From positions 27,342,001-27,406,000 of the forward strand of contig NC_043005.1 in NCBI RefSeq assembly GCF_006345805.1: a stretch of DNA of 64,000 bases. The letters are read 5' to 3'. This document shows, in pieces, positions 10,828 to 22,725 of the stretch. The notes under the pieces are model-generated. The model worked only from the letters and a program-made list of their open reading frames with translations. It was not told where the DNA came from and searched no databases. Numbering within the stretch: the stretch's first letter is position 1; each line of letters opens with the position of its first letter. The position numbers were made by a program, and so were the translations under genes. This DNA is from Octopus sinensis (lineage: Eukaryota).

Positions 10828-11293
10828 GAGCAAAACGCCCCCCGTCCAATGGACGGTGCTGAGTTGTCAAACATTTAAACCAAATTTTCTCAAAACAACT
10901 TGTCCGACCGTTCCATAGGCCTTCCCTTTGAGACACACTGATTTAACCTAAATTTGAGACGCCAGCAAAAGAAAAACGATTTTATTCCCACAAATATGCA
11001 ACCGAAGAGTTTAAAGTACCAGTAATGATAAGGCTGTTGACTGGGAGAACACAAACATGGTTTAAAAATGTAAAGAAGCAGCGAAGTCATGTAAGGTGCA
11101 GTTATGTACAGGTTGTCGGAAGAAAAGCAGGACAAAAACGGCTTTATCGATCGCATTCTCACCTGGAATCCATTTTTATACACGCCCTGATACCATCGGA
11201 ATCTACATATCAAATTTGAGCGCAATCGGATAGAGGATTCCCGAGATTCTAGAAGACACACACACAGAGACAGAACAGATTTTATATAATAGA
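10827..11293 (-). mobile_element. non-autonomous Helitron
   Basis: Minus-strand 5' TCTATTATATAAAATCTG, a perfect 3' hairpin CCGTCC-ATT-GGACGG and terminal CTCG (a CTAG variant); A|T insertion. Confidence 0.75.
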
Positions 11294-11299
11294 TATACA

Positions 11300-11460
11300 T
11301 AGTTGAAATTTACAAAAAACAAAAGACGAACACAGGTGTATAAACAACAAACAGGTGTATTAGTTTAACGCTCGGGAAGGTGAGAAAGTCTTTTACGTTT
11401 CGAGCCTACGCTCTTCAACAGAAAGGAACACGAAGAAATAAACAGAGAGAGAATAAAAAA
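11300..11460 (-). mobile_element. Penelope-like terminal repeat (7110 family)
   Basis: Contains TTTTACGTTTCGAGCCTACGCTCTTCAACAGAAAG, identical to the 7110 copy. Confidence 0.65.
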
Positions 11461-11551
11461 ACAAAATTTTAGTGGCGGTGGTGCCCCAGCATGGCCGTGG
11501 CCTTCGGGATAAAACATTTTTAAGGATTTAAGGATTTAAGCTAGCGGTCAA

Positions 11552-11609
<58 letters not shown>

Positions 11610-11650
11610 CTATATATACGTACACATATACATACACATATATCTAACTA

Positions 11651-11856
11651 CAGTAATCCCTCGCCATATTGCGGTTCACCTAACGTGCACTCAATTCATC
11701 GCGGATTTTTCTCGCTAATATATGTAAATTTATAGCGCAGACTCCTCAGTATATCGCGGATTTCTGCGGCCGATAGGTACTCATATTTTTTTTAGATTTA
11801 ATTATTTCTGTGGGAGGGTTTAAAACGTAACACGCGCGATAGTCGACGGATTACTG
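11651..11856. mobile_element. Tc1/mariner (Tigger/pogo-like) MITE
   Basis: TIR CAGTAATCCCTCG versus CGACGGATTACTG (12/13 match), preceded by TA. A second copy lies at 62770-63416. Confidence 0.75.
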
Positions 11857-11926
<70 letters not shown>

Positions 11927-11935
11927 CAGATAGAT
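11857..11935. repeat. (GATA)n microsatellite
   Basis: Direct reading. Confidence 0.95.
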
Positions 11936-12005
11936 ATACGTGTGTGCGTGTAAGGTTGACATATACATAAATCTTTTTCTCTCTCTCTCTCTTATGTATA
12001 TTATA

Positions 12006-12041
<36 letters not shown>

Positions 12042-12178
12042 TCATATACATTTATATAAATGTACTTATGCACGTATATGTGTAAGATATATATGTAATA
12101 TTAGTTGCATACGCATATATGTATATGCATATTATGTATGTCCATATATATAAACACACACACATACAGATATGTGTA

Positions 12179-12235
<57 letters not shown>

Positions 12236-13883
12236 CCTTTACTGGATACGACGATTTAATTTTAAAATCACTGTAAACATTTCCTACTTTAATAAGATTT
12301 TTATTTTTTTTTTTTTTTCAGCCTGTTTTGATTTGGCCAAGCTCTTAATGTTTGGAGTTAAATTAGTTTCTGAGAGCAGCAGACAATTCTTCGAATTTAA
12401 ATCAGTCAGTCATGACCGCGTTCTGTTTATCTTTTTTATTATTTTTTAAAAATTTTTATCAGCTTCATGGATTAAAATGTTTATTCACCTCTGTAAGCCG
12501 TTTCCAAAACGACAGATGTAAGATTGGGTAAGAATTTTTTATCGACAGAAATTATCATGTCAACAGCATCTGGAACTCAAGGAAATGCATCAGATTTGTT
12601 TTGAAGAATATATTGGATTGTCATAGAAATCCGTTCGCTTTTTTTTTTTTCTTTCCTACTTTGGTGCTTCATCGCCATATCCCTGAAAATAAGTAAAATT
12701 TATTCAAATTCAATAAACAAAAGTTGTAGATGGAGAACAGAGCATAAAAGAAGATACCTTTCGTGTTAATTCAAATAACAGCGGAAAACATTAAAATATG
12801 AAATGGAAAAAGAAAATAAACGAATTTACCTGACAACTCAATATTTGTTTTCAAGCCAGCAAAGTTTCAATCAAATATTACTAGGTCTTTCATGGTATTT
12901 CGATCACTAAGTAAAAATGGGGTTTATAAATGCGAGTCTGTAGACTTAAGCAAAATCACGATAACCACTTTGAAATGACTTAAATAGTTATTTGGAACAG
13001 AAAAGGAAAAAAAAATCATTTTGCAGTCAGAGTGGCCAACTGCCCCGCAGATATGAACATCTCTGCCAAAAATCAGTGTGTAGAAGAATATTTTTGGACA
13101 GCTACTTGGAAACCTCATACTTCCCTATTCAGATTTTAAATTTACATTTATATCAATAATTAATGGTACACTTACCTATTTGTAAATGCTTCAGTGACAG
13201 TCTGGGAATGCTATGATTTTCAAGCGAAGAAAGAGAACAGCTAGCACGCGCTTTTTGTGTTATTTTTTATTGATATTTCCTTCAGAATGAGTACTTATAT
13301 CCCAGTTGTTAGTCCAGGATGAACGACTCTGGTTATTAATGTTGTTATTATTTTGATACTTTCTGACAATGTTATCATACAGAGAATTTTTGTTCCTCTT
13401 CTGGTGACCTGTTTCAGTGGAATTGTGCAACATTTCTGGGTGTATATTCTTGGCCATCACTCGAGGAATGCATTCTGAGAAGCTCCTTTCCAACTTTTGA
13501 TGTATGCAGATTTGATCCGTGGCTGGATTTAGACATTTGATAGTCTGTAAATCTTGTCAAGGGAATACGATGTGCCATTCAAAGGTTACTGGGTCGATGT
13601 TAAGCCTCAATCGCTTTGTTTTCGTTTTAATTAGGGGTAGTCTACATCATTGCTGATGTGGAAATTCGTGATATGTGTTAACAATTTTGGGGTTGTAACG
13701 TCAATATTGAAGATCCCTTCTAGAATTCAAATGTTGAAGAACCCAAACGATGGTATGAACATGGTACAGTAAAATAATTGTGGACTTTTGATTTATTGAA
13801 TGTGAACAATTCCGAGGTTCATCTTTTCTTTATCTTGGTTTTATATTCTCTGGTTAAATGTTCCTTGATACAGATTCCATCAA

Positions 13884-14131
13884 CATTATTTACATTTGAC
13901 AGATATTTGTCCTCATCTTGTTTGTTGTTAACACAACGTTTCGGCTGGTATACCCTCCAGCCTTCATCAGGTGTCTTGGGGAAATGAGGTTCAAAATTTC
14001 CCCAAGACACCTGATGAAGGCTGGAGGGTATATCAGCCGAAATGTTATGTTAACAACAAACAAGATGAGGACAACTATCCGTCAAATGTAAATAATGTAA
14101 ATAATTCCTTATCTCTTAAATATAGAACTGT
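13884..14131. mobile_element. fold-back Penelope-derived non-autonomous element with two outward-facing hammerheads
   Basis: Near-perfect palindrome 13884-14098 with termini CATTATTTACATTTGAC...AAATATAGAACTGT and a 12-bp TSD AGATTCCATCAA at 13872-13883 and 14132-14143. Confidence 0.85.
13930..13975 (-). ncRNA. minimal type I hammerhead ribozyme (intact core)
   Basis: GACAC-CUGAUGA-A-GGCUGG-AGGGUAUA-CCAGCC-GAA-AC-GU-U-GUGUU: stem I 5 bp (one G-U), stem II 6 bp, and a loopless palindromic stem III ACGU. Confidence 0.7.
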
Positions 14132-15606
14132 AGATTCCATCAAAGTAAATATTTTCATCCATCATTAAGAACCTGTAGCATTCCTCATAGAAAAGCACAG
14201 GCCATTCTTAGCTGTAGGGGGAGCTAATTGTTCTATAATCATTTAAGAACATCTATCCTGGCCAAATTCCATCTCCGTATCTTTTGGAATGTTATAACTA
14301 GATTAAAGCTTTTCTTTATACTGTTCATACTCTTAGCATATATTTTCAAATCACTCACAAACAAGCAATGCGTTAAATTAGTGCTCTTGTCTATTTGTGA
14401 AACAATTGCCCATAAAATTTCCTTAATAAAAAAGAAAGACGGTTAAAAAAAATACAAATAACAATGTTTTCTATACATCGTTGACGACAAATTTTGCCTG
14501 AGCATGTTGCTGGCTGTGTGTATTCTCTATTGACTACGCGCAACGAGGCAGAAATGCATTTGGTATTCTCACTAGCAAATGCTTAGAAGATTTTCGTCTC
14601 TCCTGGTTTATATATGGTGTTTTTAAACACAGCACGTTCATAAAAGATATTGTCTCCGAAGGAATACCGCGGTAAATTTGCCTTGCGTAGTGTTGTGGCT
14701 GTTTTAATCTAAAACTGCTAGTGCTACATTATAATGGATAAGCAGTATCATAGAAATGCGGTCTCCTTTGAAATATATCTCAGCGGTTATAATAACCACT
14801 TTCCGCATCTAACTTCAGAATAGTGGACCAAGACGAAACCAGCATTGATAATGGTATCTGGAAGTTAGCAAGTCCAAACGTCCCAAGCATCCGCGAATGT
14901 TGAACAGAATAATTCTTACCCGTAATCCATCCTCACTGTCAACAAGTTCCGCCTATACCACCCCGATGCTTTTCATATCACGGGTTACTTAACAGTTGTT
15001 CGTCTTATCAACAAATTCCATTATTATTTCCATATACATATGTATAATTTATTTATGTCTGCCTTATGTCTATATATATATATATATAATATATATCATA
15101 TTTCATATTTCATATATTATATTCATGTAAATATAAATATATATATATATATATTATATATATATATATATATTATACATATACAACAAACACACACACA
15201 CACACATACACACACACATACATATATATATATATGTATGTATGTATGTATTTTTGTGTATGTATGCAAGCTTGTATGCATGATGTATGTTCGTATGTAT
15301 GTAAGTGTGTGGGTGAGTGTGTGCGTGTCTGCGTGAATGTAAAAGTGCTCAAAGCACACTTCAGTTACAAGAGATTAACGTCTAAAATATGTTTGACAAT
15401 CACCCCTCCCCCCCCCACACACACACACAGAGGATGCGAGGGGTTTTTTTGTTAACGTTTTTTGTTTTTTTGTATTTTGCTTGAAAATCGTTCCTTTCAT
15501 TTAAACTGTTCCAGTTTCTACACCCGGGTAACCAGGAATTATTACCTCCACCATTCCTGAATACACCCGCCAGCACCAGCACCACACATACGCAACAACA
15601 ACAACA

Positions 15607-15637
<31 letters not shown>

Positions 15638-16198
15638 TGACAATAACAACAGCAACAACAAACTAACATTTCACACGACAAAGACACCGACTAAGACCAA
15701 AATCTTCAGAGATTCCTGCTTTTTACTCTCAGAGAATACAACCGCTCCCCTCCCCTCCACCCCGACGCAAATAAAAAACACAATGAAGTTCCCCGCCCCC
15801 CACCTATTCACCATCTCCCAACAGATCCCATCTCACAACAGACAGGAAAGAACATAGAAAAAAACGAAGAAAACAGTATAATATTAACGTTAAAATATAT
15901 ACATATATATATATATATTATATATATTATATATATATATATATATATACATAGATATAATATATCTTAACACACACACACACACACACCACATATATAT
16001 ATATATATATTATATATATATATATAATACATATATATATATACATATATATACATATACATATTATATACATATATATATGTGTGTGTATGTGTGTATG
16101 TATATATACACACGCACATACATATACATACACATACATATATATATACACATACATATATATACACATACATGTATATACACATACATACATATATA

Positions 16199-16239
<41 letters not shown>

Positions 16240-16713
16240 ATACATACGCACATCCGTATATATATATATATATGAACACATACACATATATATATATACA
16301 CACATTTGTATACACACATACATTTATATATATATATATATATATAAATTGAATAAAAGGTGGTGATGGTGGTGGTGGTGGCTGTGGAATGAGATAATAT
16401 TTTTACCAAATATCTTTCCCCACCCGGCGCCGCCATTATTGAAAAGACTCTCAGAAATCCTTATGGAGGAGAAAGAATTAAAGAAAAAAAAGACGGATGA
16501 AAAAAAAAACAGACGAAAAGTGTAAAGATAAAAGAAAGTTGCCATAAAACTATACAGACCTTGTAAAGTCTTCATTTTACTATAGATGGTGCCGGTGGCG
16601 GTAGTGGTGAAGATGGAGGCGTGGATGGAGATGGGTGGTGGTGGTGTTGGAGAATTGAATTGGGACGAAGGTTTGTATTTCGTTATTTATGCGGCAGGGT
16701 ATGCATGCATACA

Positions 16714-16745
<32 letters not shown>

Positions 16746-16752
16746 CATATAC

Positions 16753-16793
<41 letters not shown>

Positions 16794-17085
16794 GTATGTA
16801 TGTATGTATACATACATATTATATATTATACATACTAATATGTATGTATGTATGTATGTTTTTGTGCACATGTGTATGTATATATATATATATTTACATA
16901 CATTCATACATATATAGTCATAGATACACGCATACATTACACACACACCACACACACACGCACCTATATGCGTAGCGTACATACATATAGATGTATGCAT
17001 TTATGCATGTGTGTGTATGTTTGTGTGTGTGTGTGAAACTAGAAAGGGATAGATGTTAGATATGCAAAAATAATTTTCTATATTA

Positions 17086-17117
<32 letters not shown>

Positions 17118-17355
17118 TAATCAGCCGAAATTGCTAAGATGATCTGGTTCTTGACTGATGACTGAGGGCTTCGAATGTCCCGTCCTGTGGTTCTTGTGTC
17201 GTCTCTGTGGTGTTTCATGTTCTTGTCCATGTCTGTAATTATTTTTACTGTTTACCTATATATATATATATATATATACAGGCAGACAGACAGGCAAGCA
17301 GGCAGACAGGTAGATCGATTGATAGGTGCCTATGTCAATATTTATGTATTTGTAA

Positions 17356-17570
17356 GGCGGCGAGCTGACAGAAACGTTAGCACGCCGGGCGAAATACTTA
17401 GCGGTATTTCGTCTGTCTCTACGTTCTAAGTTCAAATTCCGCCGAGATCCACTTTACCTTTCATCCTTTCGGGGTCGATAAATTAAGTACCAGTTGCGTA
17501 CTGGGGTCGATCAAATCGTCTGGCCCCCTTCCTCAAAATTCTTGGGCCTGTGCCAAGAGCAGAAAAGTAT
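17356..17570 (+). mobile_element. SINE family B, CpG-intact
   Basis: GGCGGCGAGCTGACAGAAACGTTAGCACGCCGGGCGAAAT...GTTCAAATTCCGCCGAG...GGGCCTGTGCC. Confidence 0.9.
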
Positions 17571-18214
17571 ATTTATCCTGTATTCTGTATGCACACACAC
17601 AGACAGAGATACAGTAATGGCTTTGTAATTAAGAAATTCGCTTCCCAGTCGCGAAACTTTAGGTTCTATCCCACTGCGTGGCCCCTTTGGCATGTCCTCT
17701 ACGACAGTTCTGCGCCTTGTGAGTGAATTTGGTAACCAAAAACGTCAGATATGTGTTTATGTATACATGCACGATCTGTGTGCGTCTTTACATTTACTAT
17801 CGTGGGGCTGATGTTAGATTCTCCTACGAACAAATTTCCTGTAGAAGATAATATCAGGAAAGGAGCCCAGGGGTAAGCAATGCCCCAAGTAACATACTCT
17901 GCTAACCCATGCAAGCATGAAAAAACGGACGTAAGGTAAACGATATATCGTTAAAGAGAATGAAATGTGCATGTGTATGCCATTGTGTGTGTGTTTGTCC
18001 GTGGGTGTGCTTGTGCGTGGGTGTGTTTGAGTGTATTTGTATGCATACACAATATTTAAAGTACTCAATGTAATTTTCCTTGTTTAAAATTAAACCATTT
18101 CCTTGAATGTAGATAAACAGGCATATTATATAAATAAGTACAAACAATCACTAGAATACACGAATATATGCGATATGCATAGCTATGTGTGTGTGTGTGT
18201 GCGTGTGTGTGTAG

Positions 18215-18281
18215 TAGATAGATAGATAGACAGATAGATAGACAGACAGATAGATAGACAGATAGATAGACAGATAGATAA

Positions 18282-18326
<45 letters not shown>

Positions 18327-18399
18327 CAGACAGATAGACAGACAGATAGACAGACAGACAGACGGACGAACGTACTGAGAGACAGACAGACACACACAC

Positions 18400-18455
<56 letters not shown>
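18215..18455. repeat. (GATA/GACA)n microsatellite
   Basis: Direct reading. Confidence 0.95.
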
Positions 18456-18456
<1 letters not shown>

Positions 18457-18770
18457 TCAGGTTACATAAGAGTTAATGGAGAGAGAGGGAGAGAGAGAGA
18501 GGGAGAGAATGTGGGAGAGAGACAGGGAGCAGGAAAGCGAGTAACATTTCTGTTTCCAGAGCTTGAAGTTGTTTCTGCTAAAATAACAATAGTGTGAACA
18601 AGGTGTGGTGTGTGTATATCTTTGAGGAAGTGGGGTATTATTCGTAGGGGGTGATTGTGCCATTAATTGTCTTAACAGCATTATAAACCCTACCATCTTG
18701 AAAGCTTTGCTAACCTCTAGTTCCTTCTATCTGGGGTGTATGTACTTATACACCCTGGCTAGCTTCTTAC

Positions 18771-18862
18771 CAGCATCTTGGCTTCGCTTCAATCTTTGCC
18801 GATACTGTTTTTGATGTTGTTGCTGTTGTGTTTTGTACTGCTGTCTTAGATGACCCCTCCTC
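18771..18862 (-). other. possible orphan internal exon (92 nt)
   Basis: Acceptor TGTCTGTAG|G and donor CTG|GTAAGA. Two frames are open (EEGSSKTAVQNTTATTSKTVSAKIEAKPRC; RRGHLRQQYKTQQQQHQKQYRQRLKRSQDA). No homology was recognised. Confidence 0.3.
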
Positions 18863-18995
18863 CTACAGACACACACACACACAGAGTATATATATATTAT
18901 ATATACATGCATAATAATACATACACACATACATACATCATATATATACAAATATGCATACATACACATACATACTTAATACATACATACACACG

Positions 18996-19026
<31 letters not shown>

Positions 19027-19065
19027 GTATAATATTATTGTGTATATATATATATATATATATGT

Positions 19066-19098
<33 letters not shown>

Positions 19099-19146
19099 AT
19101 ATATATATATAATATATATTAGAAATAAAATATAGAGAGCTGAGCG

Positions 19147-19185
<39 letters not shown>

Positions 19186-20039
19186 TATATTATATATATA
19201 TATATTATTATATATACAATATATATATAATACATATATATATATATATACATATATATATACATATATATGTGTGTGTGTGTGTGTGTGCGTGTGTATG
19301 TATGTATTAAGTATGTTGTGTATGTATGCATATTTGTATATATATGATGTATGTGTGTATGTACGCATATGTGTGTATGTATGTAGTGTGTATGTATGTG
19401 TATGCATGTGTGTATGTATGTGTGTATATATGAATGCATGTATGCATGTATGTATGTGTGTATGTATTATTATGCATGTATGTGTTTGTACGTATATGTA
19501 TGCGTGTATGTATGCATGTGTGTATGTATGTAAGTGTGTATGTATGTACGTATGTATGTGTGCATGTGTGTGTGTATGTATGTATATATGCATGTACATA
19601 CGTATGTGTCTATGTATGCACGTATGTATGTGTGTATACACGCGCACACAGAGAAGCTCATATACGTCCACTTACAGATGCTTATATTGATAGATTCATA
19701 TGTGTGCATGCGTGCGCGCGTGCGTGTGTGCGTGCGTGTGTGTGTGTGTGATTCTATCCTTGAACTAACCGAACAACTTTGTGCTATAGCCCCATCACCC
19801 TCTCCGCCCGTATAAGTAATGATGACAGAATGAGTGGGGAGGGTTCTAACATGATAAATCTTTTGATTCAATTGAACCTTAATTGGGAATTTAGGTCTCA
19901 ATCACTCCTCATTTGTAATCTATGTCAACCCAAATATTTGCCTCTCAGCCAAGGCGTGGTACACAGATGTACTTCCTGCCGTGTGTAGGAACGGCAGTGC
20001 ACAAATAAGCGACGACAAAATGCACGTATGGACATAGAC

Positions 20040-20765
20040 ATGACCACGTCGTTAAAAAGTTTTGTTTTAAGACCATGTAGTCTGGAGTTCAGTCCTACTG
20101 CGTGGCACCTTGGACAAGTGTCTTTTACATAACCCCAGGCTGGCCAATGTCTTGTGAGTGAATTTGGTAGACAGAAACTATGTGGAAACCCTCGATATGT
20201 AAGGGGGGGGGACGTGTATGCGTGCCTGTTTGTGTCTGCCCCTTGCCACTGCTTGACAGCCAATTTATTTGTTTACGCCCCGTGACTTAGTGAATCGGAA
20301 AAAATATGGGTAGTTTTTGGTTATCTCACCCCCATTAAAAAAATCGCCATTAAAAAATTGGGTTATCTCCCCACTTAAAAGTTGAGTTTACGTGGCGACA
20401 AGAGATTGGATAAAAAGTGTTAGATCCTTTTGATTCAACACATTGTTGACTTTTAGCCTCCTCAATAAGAATGCTATGTTTTGTTATAAAAATGCTATTA
20501 GATTCAATAAGACGCTTAATTTTTTCATTTTTTATATTATTTTTTTTTAATTGGGGGTTAAACAAATGCCAATATTTCTCGTAAAACGGGGTGAGATAAC
20601 CCATTTTTTTAATGGGGGTGAGATAACAAAAAAGTACCAAATTATGTATAGAATATATACAAGACTTTAAAAAATAATAATAAATGTCTTGGAGTCAATT
20701 TAATCGAGTAACCCTTCAAGGCGTTGCTCCAGCATGGCCGCAATCCAACGACTGAAAACACGTTA
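20040..20765 (+). mobile_element. old SINE family A copy interrupted by a MITE
   Basis: The head and body (GACCATGTAGTCTGGAGTTCAGTCCTACTGCGTGGCACCTTGGACAAGTG) run to about 20305, and the tail (GCTCCAGCATGGCCGCAATCCAACGACTGAAA) resumes after 20640. Confidence 0.75.
20307..20640. mobile_element. TIR MITE (superfamily unclear)
   Basis: TIR TTTTTGGTTATCTCACCCCCATTAAAAAAAT / ATTTTTTTAATGGGGGTGAGATAACAAAAAA. A second copy lies at 29217-29987 in the opposite orientation. Confidence 0.8.
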
Positions 20766-21464
20766 AAGACTAGAAGACGTATCAAATGTAGAACACACGA
20801 GAGTAGATTGTATTGGTGTAGAGATATGCTACATATAGAGGATATCTACATCAGCAGAGAAATTGCAGATCGGATGCAGAAGTGAACATGTTCTTAACCA
20901 AACTTGGAAGAGAACAGGACAAGAAGTTGGAGCTTACAAACACAGCAGCTGATGTTGGAATTGAAATATAAACATGTGGATCTTAGTTTCATTCAAATGT
21001 AAAAGTATACCACTTCTCTAGATTCTAACTCTCCCTATAAAAGAAATTGTATATGGAAATTCCTTTATTTACTCCCTATAAAATAAAATATGGAGAAGGT
21101 TTGGAGGGGAAAGGATGGAGATAACATATCTTTCGAAATTTTAAAATTTTCAGCAACCTTCCTCCCATATTTTCCAGTCATAGCTATGCTGAGATTTCAG
21201 CATACAGAAATATGAGCTCATCGAGTGGCAGTGAAGAGTGACTAAATGCTTATTGCAGTGAAATAGGTAGTAGGAAGCAGTCAGTTTAGAAATAATGATA
21301 AATAAATGATGTGGTGGTCTTTAGACAACACTCCAACCTCCACTGCTGAAAAATGAGAATTTATTCTCACTTGAGACAAAGTGCACGGAATTTATGTTCG
21401 TGCAGCTCTGAAAATTCAATACCCTTGGGCTCTTGAGACCCAGAAGCTCTCCCCGCCAATGGTA

Positions 21465-21761
21465 CACGGACGGGATGCTGAATGCACTTTTGCCGAAGGA
21501 CAAGAAGCCGAACGGATACAATGCCGAACGGACATAAAGCCGAACGAACAAGAGGCCGAAAAGACATACAAAAATTAAAATTTAATCTCGTTAAATCTTG
21601 AGTGCCAAATTGGTGAATTGGTCATTAAACTATGTAGGTAGGGATGGTCTTTTTTTGTGTGTGTCCGTTCAGTTTTATGTCTGTTCGGCTTTATATCCGT
21701 TCGGCTTCTAGGCTTCGGCTTGTTGTCCTTCAGCAAAAGTGCATTCGGCAGCCTGTCCGCG
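21465..21761. mobile_element. MITE with subterminal tandem GCCGAA(C) repeats
   Basis: TIR GGACGGGATGCTGAATGCACTTTTGCCGAAGGACAA versus TTGTCCTTCAGCAAAAGTGCATTCGGCAGCCTGTCC; about 15-bp subrepeats are mirrored on both arms. Confidence 0.75.
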
Positions 21762-22370
21762 CACGTCACCAACACTCATAGCTTCTACAAAATTTGACCA
21801 ACAAACCTCTCTTCGTTGCGGTGCTCAATACTTATCTTCCCCAAACTCAGTACAAACCATTGGGTGTGATCTCAATCAGATATGCACGTGGAAAGGGTTC
21901 TGGGGACAAGAAAATAGCCTTTCAAATTTAACCACATTATTAACACGTTGCCCAAGTGTACCTTAGTTTTCCCTTCAAGCTTTTCTTCCAAACTTATTCT
22001 ACCCAGACTTCCCTTCAAAAGGCATGTTATTTAAATTCAAATTCTAACCTCAGCTGGAATAATTTTAATTTTCTACTTCATTTTGTCCTGTACTTTTCCA
22101 TGTTCAGTTAAGAATATCATCACTCCAGCGACTGCATTTTTCTTGCTAGTCGACTCTTTTTTACAGGCAAAACTAAATGTAAATAATATTGAGACAAAAA
22201 CTAAAAAATTGAAAACTAAAGAAAATTAATTCTTCCCCCAGATAGTTTAAACTATAGTCAAAGAATAAATTCTATATCAATTACAAAAATTAAATTATAC
22301 AAAATACCAATGGGGAACTTGAGACAAATGAGGAAAATGCTAATAAAGCAGTAGTAGATGAATTATCTGT

Positions 22371-22725
22371 GGAGGCGCAATGACCCAGTGGTTAGTCGTA
22401 GGATCGTGGTTTCGATTCCCAGACCGGACGTTGTGAGTGATTATTGAGCAAAAATACCTAAAGCTCCACGAGGCTCCGGCAGGGAATGGTGGCGGACCCT
22501 GTTATATTCTTTCACGACAACTTTCTCTCACTCTTTCTTCTTGTTTCTGATGTACCTAGGGTCAGCCTTGTCAAACTCTGAGTCACGCTGAATCTCCCCG
22601 AGAATTACGCTAAGGGTACATGTGTCTGTGGAGTACTCAGCCACTTGCACGTTAGTTTCACCAGCAGGCTCTTCCGTTGATCGGATCAACTGGAACCCTC
22701 GTCGCCGTAACCGACGGGGTGCCAC
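22371..22725 (+). mobile_element. tRNA-derived SINE, family D
   Basis: GGAGGCGCAATGACCCAGTGGTTAG...GTTTCGATTCCCAGACC, body AAAGCTCCACGAGGCTCCGGCAGGG, tail ending GTAACCGACGGGGTGCCAC. Confidence 0.85.

Noticed and set aside
12250-13760. Possible transposase or LINE remnants (also at about 28000-28600 and 36190-36520)
   Set aside because: The sequence looks like decayed coding DNA, but no diagnostic motif could be read with confidence; it needs a translated search against TE protein libraries.
16586-16673. Exon candidate MVPVAVVVKMEAWMEMGGGG
   Set aside because: It is low-complexity GGT-rich sequence typical of non-coding DNA here. Several frames are open for compositional reasons and no homology was recognised.
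17150-17190. CTGATGA...GAAT hammerhead candidate (with a related CTGAGGA...GAAT at about 26138-26170)
   Set aside because: GAAU replaces GAAA and stems I-III cannot be drawn convincingly. They are probably decayed Penelope-like repeats, but the evidence does not support a ribozyme call.
21185-21204. TATGCTGA-GATT-TCAGCATA palindrome as a MARE
   Set aside because: The half-site spacing does not match the T-MARE or C-MARE, and it lies about 19 kb beyond the gene's 3' end.
21490-21560. CRISPR-like repeat-spacer array
   Set aside because: The units are about 15-bp subterminal repeats of a MITE with no unique spacers, and the context is eukaryotic.
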